A stretch of 64,000 bases of DNA, from positions 33,604,001 through 33,668,000 of the forward strand of contig NC_043013.1 of the NCBI RefSeq assembly GCF_006345805.1. The letters run 5' to 3'. The notes under the pieces were generated by a model. The model was given only the letters and a program-made list of their open reading frames with translations. It did not search any database and was not told the DNA's origin. Of this stretch, positions 53,805 through 64,000 are shown in pieces; the stretch's first letter is position 1, and every line of letters starts with the position of its first letter. The DNA comes from Octopus sinensis. Lineage: Eukaryota. A program made the position numbers and the translations under genes.

Positions 53805-54384
53805 GAGTGAGAGAGCAGTGCATGCCATCAAAGTGACACTGGGGTAAAATATACGAGCCCAATCATGACTACACGTCTGATAAGGGTACACCAGGCACAT
53901 GCATCACAACCATATGTGCGCGACATGGTGATCTCATATCAAGATAAACAGCACATGACCTTGCAGGTGGGGCCCAGTTAGAATTTTCTTCAGGTTGAGT
54001 AGCCCATCCCGCTCAAAAGGTCCCTGAATAAGGGTTGTTTAAGGATGTTGAAAGAACCACCATGTTTCCAGAGGTGAACTATTCAAACCCCAAAGATCCC
54101 TCTCAACACATGGCTATGATGCTCCCCCACTACTTCTGCTGCGTGATCAGAGATGCACATATCGTCAGCCACTAAGGGACATGCTCAACTGGTTAAGGTC
54201 AAACAACTGACAAGCAAATCTGTGGTATTGAGCAGAATATTTGCTGTAGCCCATCTTTTATACCAAGACAAAACAATGTACATGATAACACTTCCAATCA
54301 GTTAAGATCAGAAGCCACGAGAGCCACTGCCTGGTACTGCATCAGGGCATTACTGCATCAGGGCATTTACTGCATCAGGGCATT
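53804..54384. mobile_element. Unclassified ~580-bp element inserted in (ATT)n
   Basis: Non-coding unique block with (ATT)n on both sides. The terminal 16-17-mer TACTGCATCAGGGCAT(T) is repeated three times (54335-54384). Confidence 0.6.
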
Positions 54385-54569
54385 TATTATTATTATTATT
54401 ATTATTGGGTTTTTCTTCTTCTTTCAAAGTTGCTTCCATTTCTTGCCGAGTGTCTTCCCGACTCCTAGGGCAAAGAAGCTTATAGTATACATTGGTAGGC
54501 CATTAAACTAAACTCACTAGTTCGTTCTTTTTTTTTGTTGATAGAAATAAAGTTACATAATTATTATTA

Positions 54570-54622
<53 letters not shown>

Positions 54623-54638
54623 TTATTATTATTATTAT

Positions 54639-55745
54639 TGGCACCCATCTAAAAGAACGCACTAGTATACTAATAAGGAACTTGATCGAAATGTTGACCT
54701 TCTGTGAAGAAACTTCCTACTTCAGTATGGACGCTGATATATATCGACAAGAGGAGGGTTTAGCTATGGATTCGCCATTATCACCGATAATAGCCTATAT
54801 ATACATGAAATACTTTGAGAATATGGCTTTAGGATCAACACCACTAAAACCAATACTATGGCTGCGATATGTTGATGACACCATTATACTCTGGTCCCAC
54901 CAGGAAGATGTCCATGTGCTGTTAGATCATGTGCACTCAGTAAAGCCATCCATACAGTTCGCAATGGAAAAGGTAAAAGACAATCAGCTAACATTCCTGG
55001 ACGTATTAATAACACGCACCAAGTATGGATTCAGGAAATCCGTATACCGCAAGCCGACCTTTACTGGACGATGCCTCAACTTCAATTCCCACCATCTGTA
55101 CATTGTAAAGAGAGGGATTGCTCAGTGCCTAAAACATCGGGCAAAGAATATAAGTATCAATCGTGATACACACTGCGAAGAAATGATCAAGCTCAATAAT
55201 GATCTGTTAAGTAACAACTACCCCAAAAGTATACTATCCACTCCAGTTATAAAGAAGAGAGATGATGAGGCGATTTAAAAAATGAACACAGTTGTCTACC
55301 CTATGTGAAAGGCATCTCCGAAATATACGGCCCATAATGACATCAGGACAGTATTCAAGTGTAATACAATACTTCGCAAATAGCTCCTTCGAGTAAACCA
55401 CCAATAGAAGATAATATAACATAAGACTGCATGTATTCCATACCATGCAGCTGTGATAGATTATACAAAGGCGAAACATGCCACCCGCTCAAAATAAGTT
55501 TAGAGGGACATCGCAAAGCTGTGACACGAGGAGATATTGATAAATCGGGTATAGCTGATCATGTATGGAAAAACAGAGACCACATCCCCCTGTGGGATGA
55601 AGTTAAATAATATACAGAGAATACCAGTGGAAAATACGAAAACTAGAAGAAGCAGCACATATGCTAGGACACAACAACCTCCTAAGCAGACCGAGTGCTG
55701 ATATGAGCAGCATATTGGAACCCGTATAAAGGAATGATAGAAAAA
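54639..55745 (+). pseudogene. 5'-truncated Penelope/Poseidon-type RT plus GIY-YIG endonuclease
   Basis: QEEGLAMDSPLSP, LRYVDDT, FLDVLITR, VYRKPTFTGR, then frameshifted CMYSIPCSCDRLYKGETCHPLKISLEGHRK..SGIADHVW. Contains stops and frameshifts. Confidence 0.92.
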
Positions 55746-55772
55746 TATTAGATTTATAAACCCTAAATTCAC

Positions 55773-56016
55773 GGGCATATAGCGTAGTGGTTAAGAGCGC
55801 GGGCTACTAACCCCAAGATTCCGAGTTCGATTCCAAGCAGTGACCTGAACAACAACTACAACATAGAAAAATACCTTAGGTTCGAAATTTCCCCATGACA
55901 CTTGAAGAAGGCTGGAGGGTATATCAGCTGAAACGTTATCAGGACAAATATCCGTCGAATGTAAATAATGTACATAATTCCTCATCATTATTCCTCATCT
56001 CTTAAATATAGAACTG
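55773..56016 (+). mobile_element. Penelope 3' pLTR unit: tRNA-Ile-like head, short AAC/AAT spacer, degenerate hammerhead
   Basis: A-box TAGCGTAGTGG, B-box GAGTTCGATTCC, HHR remnant at 55897-55937, ending AAATATAGAACTG. Starts about 30 nt after the PLE ORF. Confidence 0.85.
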
Positions 56017-56019
56017 TAC

Positions 56020-56162
56020 TTTTCTCTCAGTTCCTGTCTAATCCACTCACGTGACTTTCGTCGGCCTGGGGCTATAACAGAAGATGTTTGCCCAAGGTGC
56101 CTCGCAATGCGACAGAGCTCGGAACCACGCGGCTGGGAAACAAATATCACACGACACAGCTT
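56020..56162 (-). mobile_element. SINE family A, 5' part
   Basis: Diverged head and core. Confidence 0.65.
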
Positions 56163-56455
56163 CTGTTGTGCTTATGTATGTATGAATGTATGTATGTATA
56201 TATGTGTATGTATGTAGAAAAAGATATATGTGATGTGTGTCTGTGTGTGTGTGTGTGTGTGTGTCTCTGTGTTTGTGTGTGTGTGTGTGTGTGTGTGGAT
56301 GCCTCATTTATTAAAGGGGCTTCTTATTGTTGATAATCATTGTATAGAATGTTTAAATGTCCGCTTTTGTGAACAGATCCTCTTTTAACCGATTTATATT
56401 ATTTCAGTAGGAGGATATGTCGGTTGATTTATGATGCTATATATATTATATATAT

Positions 56456-56534
<79 letters not shown>

Positions 56535-56565
56535 CTGTGTCTGTGTGTGCAGCTATGTGAGCGTG

Positions 56566-56601
<36 letters not shown>

Positions 56602-56689
56602 ATTTACACACGTACACGCACACATAGCCACAACTCCGGGGCTGCAATTAGTAAATGAATAAATATATGTATATATCTATATCTATAAA

Positions 56690-56725
<36 letters not shown>

Positions 56726-57561
56726 GCGTATCTGTGCGCACATGTATGGTATATTTCAGTCTGTGTGAAATGTGTCGTGAGTGTGTTCCCTTACGAACAA
56801 ATTGTTTATGTTTATTTGCTTTGAATTCCGCTTTGTTGAAATAAAATAAAATTTGAAATAAACTTTAAAAAAAAAAAGCAGCTGTGAAAACAACAACAAC
56901 AACAAAGCGAAAGCAAGCATTGATTGATTTCCATTGGGCCGCGAAGAGTTAAACGCTGTTTATCGCTTATTAAGCTTGTGACGCTTTTGTCAAGCAGGAG
57001 ACCTTTCTCCCTTAACCGAATCTCAGATTAAGTATGAAGTAGCGATGGCTGTCTGCAAGCGACTTTCAAATTGAATGATTACCTTGTTTGTTCGGCAGTT
57101 AAATTTATTTGTTTATTTATTTGAATTTTACTTTTTTAAAATTTAAGTACTTTCACTTTCGGTTTTAAAACAAATGAAATCGCAGCGCTCTGTGTCTGTG
57201 TGTTCGCTCTTCTAAAAATCTGGCTTGCTTGCTTGCTGGCTTCCTTATTTTTCAAGCTTTCGTAGCCGACCACAATACTCACGTATACAGAACACCCACA
57301 TTTGCTTTTATAGCATGTGTATGTTTGTGTGTGTAAATGTGTGCATCTATTTGCATGTATGTATGTGAATATTTGCGTGTGTTTCTGTTTAAAAAAAAAC
57401 AATAACGAATAAACGCGATAAACTATTCATGTATGCATTCGTACACACATTTGTGTGTGTAGTCTTTCTATGTATGTGTGAATGTATATATGTATATATG
57501 TGCATGTGTGTCTGTCTCTGTCTATGTACATGTCACTATGTGAGTGTGTGTGTGCGCAAGC

Positions 57562-57601
<40 letters not shown>

Positions 57602-57904
57602 TATTTATTATTGTATTTATATCTGTAATTTTGTCTGTTTTTTCCGTCCTTGTTTTTGTATACATTCGCTGCTTTCTTCCAAGGAATCTAATGCACTTAA
57701 CTTAGTTTTTCCCTGGGGCTGCCCAGATTGGAGCAATCTCGAGAATAATAAGCCGAAATTGCGAGAATAATCTGGTGCTTCACTGAGGATAGAGGGCTTC
57801 GAATGATGTGTCTTTGTTTTCTTTGTATCGTCTATCTGGATGAATTGTTATCCCTGTCTGTATCACCTGGCTGTCCCGATGTTTTGCTTTCTTGGCCCAT
57901 TTTG

Positions 57905-57944
<40 letters not shown>

Positions 57945-58217
57945 GTCTGTGTCTGTCAATGTATATAAATATATAATTATATAAGTATGCATATATGTAA
58001 GTATTCATGAATGTATATATGAAATCCAAGCCTGTACTGTATCACACTAGTATTAACAACTTCAGTGTAACATCACTGGGTGTACAGTCATCATATAAAT
58101 TATGGGTGTAGGCTTCGTGTGTGTATGTGTGTGCGCAATCGACTGTGCTGTACATACAACACACACGCACAACCATCCATATACATATACATGTAGGTAT
58201 GTATGTAAATGTGTGAA

Positions 58218-58535
58218 GGCGCGTGGTCTTTGTTGTTAGGAGCATTCAGCTCAAGATCGTAAGGTCGTGAGTTCAATTTCTTGCGACGGGTCGTGTCCTT
58301 GAGCAAAACACTTTATTTTATGTTGCTCCAGTCCACTCAGCTGGCAAAAATGAGTAATGCCTGTAATTCAAAGGGCAAGCCTTGCCACTCTATGTGACAC
58401 ACTGAATCTCCCCGAGAACTAAGTTAAGGGTACACGTGTCTGTGGAATGCTCAGCCAATTGCACGTTAATTTCATTAGCAAGCTGTTCCGTTAATTGTAT
58501 CAGCTGGGACCCTCGTCGTCGCAACCGACGGAGTG
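58218..58535 (+). mobile_element. SINE family C, full length
   Basis: Matches 28261-28576. Confidence 0.9.
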
Positions 58536-58869
58536 CTCTTTTGTATGTAAATACAAGCGTACCACTAGCCTTATCTTTGGAAATGTATTTTACAATTTCT
58601 ATTACAATACAGAATGTATTAAGAAAAAATTAAAATATTCGACAAGAGATCTTTCTCTTCCGCCAACCCATGAACGACTTTTCAAGTTTACTTTCAAACC
58701 CCAATTATCTAGTGAATTTGCCAGAAATGTAGGTGACTGTCGTAAAAATGGCTTGAATGAAAGGAATTACTCGAGTGCAATAAGACGAAGAGAAAATTTG
58801 GGGAGAGGGCCTATACCCTTGGTGTTGAGGGTAAATTTGGATGCATGGGGTCCCTCAGTAACCCAAGTT

Positions 58870-59218
58870 ACTCTTTTATTCACTTATTTGTTTCAGACAT
58901 TTGACTGCGGCCATGTTGGAGCACGACTTTTAGTCGAAGAAATCTACTCTGGGACTTATTATTTGTAAGCCTAGTACTTATTATATCGATAACTTTTACC
59001 GAACAGCTAAGTTACAGGGAAGTAAACATACCAAGATTGGTTGTCAATATATATACGACGGGCTTATTTCAGTTTCCGTCTACCAAATCAACTCACAAGG
59101 CTTTGGTCGGCCCGACGGTATAGCAGAAGGCACTTGCACAAGGTGGCACGCAGTGGGACTGAACCCAGAACCATGTGGTTGGGAAGCAAGCTTCTTACCA
59201 CACAGCCACGCGTGCGCC
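58870..59218 (-). mobile_element. SINE family A
   Basis: Family head and tail, short internal tract. Confidence 0.8.
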
Positions 59219-59560
59219 TATGTTAGTGAAATTCCTGCACAAAAGAGGTATAAATGATCGTCATATTCTCATCTTTTTTTGTACACTGTGTACCTGTAGA
59301 CTTTCATCTCCTTTCTGAACTTGTTCTATTTCAGGCAGTTTCATGGAAACACCTACTCTTGTAACTTTTCTAGTAACGTCCTTTTCATCGGATGGAAATA
59401 TGGCAAAACCAAAAGGCCACCCACGTTGTCATCACCACTCCATTCCCCTCTGCTCCCCCTCCCCTCATCTTCCTCCTCCTCCCTCGTCGTCGTCGTCGTC
59501 GTCATTTCTACCGCCATGACTACAACCACTTCTTTTTTTAATCTCTTTCTCCTTCTCCTT

Positions 59561-59622
<62 letters not shown>

Positions 59623-59743
59623 GTTGCTGTTATTATATTGCAATTCAGAGATCAATAGATAGATAACTGCGCGCGTGCGTGTGTTGTGTGTGTATGTATG
59701 CATGCATGTATGTATGGGTGTGTGAAGTTGTCTCCATATATAT

Positions 59744-60019
59744 ATAGAAAGTTATAGAAGGTGTGTGTAAATGAATGGGTTGGGGGCCACCCTTAGATCT
59801 ATTTAGGTGTGCAATCAGTAGATATAAATGAAGCTATTAGAGGAAGGTCAAATAATTGAGAATGACCTTTAGACTAGTTCAAGCCAGTGGTCTTATTTGA
59901 TATCGTTAAAAAAGGGTCAAATTATTTTGGACGGGCAATTATACCCGTTCAGTGGCCAATTTTTTTTATATAACTAGCTATTGTTAATTGACCAAATTTT
60001 ATGTATATGTATGTATGTA

Positions 60020-60091
<72 letters not shown>

Positions 60092-60368
60092 TACATACAT
60101 ACATATACATAAACATTTGGTCAATTAACAATAGCTAGTTATATAAAAAAAATTGGCCACTGAACGGGTATAATTGCCCGTCCAAAATAATTTGACCCTT
60201 TTTTAACGATATCAAATAAGACCACTGGCTTGAACTAGTCTAAAGGTCATTCTCAATTATTTGACCTTCCTCTAATAGCTTCATTTATATCTACTGATTG
60301 CACACCTAAATAGATCTAAGGGTGGCCCCCAACCCATTCATTTACACACACCTTCTATAACTTTCTAT
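59744..60368. repeat. Near-perfect 625-bp palindrome centred on (TA)n
   Basis: About 260 bp of unique sequence per arm is the reverse complement of the other; I saw only a 1-bp indel (CCAAATTTTATG vs CCAAATGTTTATG). Confidence 0.95.
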
Positions 60369-60796
60369 TACAAGTTCTGGAAATTTAAATTAGTTTTCAA
60401 AGACAGATACAGCTACTACCCAGTCACCAAAACACACATCCAAGGTCAACATACCGTTATATATACTGCCAACGGTTTTTTCCTAATACTGCAGTTGAGA
60501 ACAGCCCTGTCCAGAACATAACTTTGAGTAGGCTGTTCACTTGATGATAAAAATAAACACTGTCTGTCTGTCTAACTATCCATCCATCCATCCATCCATC
60601 CATCCATCCATCCATCCATCCATCCATCTATCTATCTATCTGTCTATCCTTCGGTTAGTCTGTCTGTCTGACACTCTATCTCTTTCTCTCTCTCTCTGAC
60701 TCTATTTCTCCCTGTGTGTATATGTATATATGTATGTATGTATGTATATATATATGAATGCATATATGCATATAATTATATGTACCTATATATATG

Positions 60797-60834
<38 letters not shown>

Positions 60835-61564
60835 AAGAGGAGAGAGAGAGAGGGGAGAGAGAGAGAGGGAGAGAACGAGAGAGAGAGAGAAAGAATGAGG
60901 GAGAGAGAGATAGATGCATACATATGTATATATGTGTATCTAAATATGCCTGTACATACACTCACACATATTATTGTTGAAAGTGTTTATGGAATCAATT
61001 TATGGAATCAGCGGTTTTTCATTCAATTTTGCTAAGACACAGTTTTTGAAGTGTATTACAGAAGCCATCGATAATTAAAAAGTTTTTTTTTTTTTGCAAC
61101 TAATAATATGGCAGCTCAGAAGCTAGTAATTATGATGAAGGTAGTTATCTAAAGACATGTATGTATTAATTATTACACTATAAAGAATAATTTAGACACG
61201 GGCAAGCACCATCATTACTTGTTCCAAATGAAATTATGGTTTTTCAAGGAGAATATTCTAATATTTATACACTTTCATATTTCACCTCACCTACTGACTA
61301 CTATACTTACTTTTATTCAAACAGAAATAGTCGGCTTACAAATAAAACTTCAATTACTAAAGCACTTAGGACGCATAAAGAAAGAATCTATGATATACAA
61401 CCGACAGGAGGGGATTTATGGAGTTGAACGACCTCCTAGAAATAGCTCCGAAATTGTTATCTAATCTCACCTAACATCTAAGGTGAGAACTGACTTATAC
61501 GAATAGTCGTCTTTGACACGCTGTGTTTAGAAGAACAATATCTCGACTGGAAAAATAAACTGGC

Positions 61565-61881
61565 ACTCCACCAGTTGACGATGACGATGACAAATGTCCT
61601 AGTTGATCCAATCAAAGGAACTACTTGCTCGTGAAATTAACGCGTAAGCGGTTGAGTATTCCACAAACACGCATACTTTGATTGTAGTTTTCGCGGAGAT
61701 TCAGCGTGACACAGAATGTGAGAAACCTGGCCCTATTATTTTTTCTTTTGCCAGCTAATTTGGCTTGAGCAATATGAACTAAAGTATCTTGCTGAAGGAC
61801 ACAACTTGCCGCCGGCAATCGAACTCACAACCAAATCCCCTAACCAAATTGAGAGCCAAATCCCCTAACCGCTAAGCCACG
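61565..61881 (-). mobile_element. SINE family C, diverged
   Basis: Head, core and tail recognisable. Small internal duplication of CAAATCCCCTAACC. Confidence 0.75.
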
Positions 61882-61911
61882 AGTAAAATCCTCTGCATTT
61901 AATTTACATTT

Positions 61912-62466
61912 GTTTCTACTCTAGGCACAAGGTCCAAATTTTGGGGAAGTGGGGGTGCAGTCGACTAGATCGACCACAGTACGCAACTGGTACTTAATTT
62001 ATCTACCCCGAAACGCTGAAAGGCAAAGTCGACCTCGGTGGAATTTGAACTTATAACATAAAGACAGACGAAATACCTATTTCTTTACTACCCACAAGGG
62101 GCTAAACACAGAGGGAACAAACAAGGACAGACAAGCGGATTAAGTCGATTATATCGACCCCAGTGCGTAACTGGTACTTAATTTATCGACCCCGAAACGA
62201 TGAAAGGCAAAGTTGACCTCGGCGGAATTTGATCTCAGAACGTAGCGCCAGACGAAATACCTATTTCTTTACTCCCCACAAGGGGCTAAACACAGAGGGA
62301 ACAAACAAGGACAGACAAACGGATTAAGTGGATTATATCGGCCACAGTGCGTAACTGGTACTTAATTTATCGACCCCGAAAGGATGAAAGGCAAAGTCGA
62401 CATCGGCAAAATTTGAACTTAGAACGTAACGGCAGACGAAATACCAAGCATTTTGTCCGGCGTGCT
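61912..62466 (-). mobile_element. SINE family B head-to-tail multimer
   Basis: Junction GACGAAATACCTATTTCTTTACT, with TATTTC at 62078 and 62262 (period 184). Confidence 0.9.
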
Positions 62467-62895
62467 GAATTTAATTGATATTATCGATAAATTGGTCCTT
62501 TCAAGCGATAGAGTTTTCTTATTTTGAGTCTTAAGTTACCCATGCTTCCGTAAAACTTGAATGTTTAGAGGAATATTGACTAAACTGATGTTTCTTTGGT
62601 CAGTTTCTTCCGTTCTATAAATATTTGTTCTTGAAAAGAGCTTATCGACGTTTCCCAATAGTAAGAACAGGTTAATAAGTTCTCTTTGAGAAGGATATGT
62701 AATATCTAATGCAGCTAATACAAATATAAAGGACTAAAATGTGAAATCTAACAGTGAAAAAAAAAATGAAAATTAGGCCTTTAGAGACTAGCGAGTAAAT
62801 TACTCTTAGAAAATTGCTTAATTAAACTATTGTTGTATGGTAGAAACTGGTGATAAAAGGCTTTATGATTGCTGATGATTCCTGTTAGTAAATGA

Positions 62896-63168
62896 GGCGC
62901 AGGAGTGTCTGTGCGGTACGTAGCTTGCTTACCAACCACATGGTTCCGGGTTCAGTTCCACTGCGTGGCAAATTGGGCAAGTGTTTTCTACTATAGCCTC
63001 GAGCCGACCAAAGCCTTGTGAGTGGATTTGGCAGACGGAAACTGAAAGAAGCCCGTCGTATATATTTATACATATATGTGTGTGTGCATGTCTGCGTGTA
63101 TGTTTGTGTGTTTGTGTTTGTCCCCACCCATCATCCCATGACAACCGATGTTGGTGTGTTTACGTCCC
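62896..63168 (+). mobile_element. SINE family A, 3'-truncated
   Basis: Family head and core. Confidence 0.85.
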
Positions 63169-63569
63169 TAAGCTCCATGAGGCTCAGAGGGGGGGTGAAC
63201 CCCGTTGTACTCTTTCACCACAACTTTCTCTCACTCTTTCTTCCTACTTCTGCCACAAAGCAAAGGAAAAATTGTGTAACCCACTGTGGTGTGATAAAGT
63301 TTCAGACACTAGTCTAGATTGCGAATCCTCTGTACCCAAGGATGGTTCCAGCCGTTAAAAGCCACCGTTTATGGAATGAAGATAACAATGTAGCTTTCGC
63401 GCCCATGCAACCGCCTGTCTATCGCGTGTGGTGGGTGGCTCTTCAAGTTGCCTGACGCATTCTTAGTAGTTTAGAGTAGGCTTGAATTGGAGATTATTTT
63501 TTGTGGCTAATGGCGTGAATCCTGACTGGAAGAAGAAGAGGAAAAGGAAGAAGCTGCAACAACAGCAAC

Positions 63570-63790
63570 AATAATAATCCTTTCTAGTATAGGTAGAAGA
63601 CCTGAAACTTCGGGGAAGGGAATAAGTTGATAACATCGATCCTAGTACAGAACTGGTACTTCTTTTATCGACCCCTAAAGGCTGAAAAGCGAAGTCGATG
63701 TCGGCGAAATTTGAACTCGGTATGTTAAGTCAGACGAAATGCTGCTAAACATTTTGCCCGGCATGTTAACGGTTCTGCCAGTTCGCCGCC
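63570..63790 (-). mobile_element. SINE family B
   Basis: Diverged B head and body. Confidence 0.8.
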
Positions 63791-63943
63791 TTGCAAAAAC
63801 AACAATAATAATGATAACAGTATCATGTGTGTCTGTGTGTGGGTGTGCGGCTGAGAACGTTTGCATGAATATTTGCGAGAGAGAGAGAGAGGGAGAGAGG
63901 AAGAGAGAGGGACAGACAGAAAGAGAAAGAAATAGATAGATAG

Positions 63944-64000
<57 letters not shown>

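Noticed and set aside
53804-54384. U2 snRNA similarity or an HDV-like ribozyme in the 580-bp element
   Set aside because: Only short matches to U2 (for example TGCAGTACC), and I could not build an HDV P1 helix by eye.
55773-55846. Functional tRNA gene
   Set aside because: The acceptor stem does not close and the anticodon loop reads ACT; it is a tRNA-derived head. The same applies to the SINE A, B and C heads.
60505-60545. ACAGCC/GGCTGT stem as helix II of a hammerhead next to the large palindrome
   Set aside because: The flanking core (TTGAGA..TCAC) is too far from CTGANGA..GAAA.

Overview
AT-rich eukaryotic DNA made almost entirely of microsatellites and transposable elements. The SINE inventory and repeat style suggest a coleoid cephalopod, most likely Octopus (inference). 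No complete host gene is visible; there is one moderately supported coding exon at 39272-39447 and a few weak splice or promoter signals. Almost all ORFs in the supplied track are translated microsatellites or SINEs. Elements present: three tRNA-derived SINE families, labelled A, B and C here (about 30 copies in total; possibly the known octopus OK/OR1/OR2 families, not verified); mariner, Tc1-like, hAT, Kolobok-like and Tigger-like DNA elements; RTE and CR1/L2 remnants; and a degenerate Penelope-like element (PLE) with RT and GIY-YIG at 52.7-56.0 kb. The main unexplained signal is a dense set of minimal type I hammerhead-ribozyme (HHR) motifs from at least six unrelated repeat families. One family is a PLE terminal unit built as a tRNA-Ile-like Pol III head, an (AAT)n spacer and an HHR; it also occurs alone like a SINE. 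Another is a 348-nt retrozyme-like tandem unit. Other notable items are several PLE-style inverted junctions, a probable 28S rRNA fragment inside one PLE unit, a near-perfect 625-bp palindrome, and 184-bp SINE multimers. All ribozyme calls were folded by eye and most copies look mutated.
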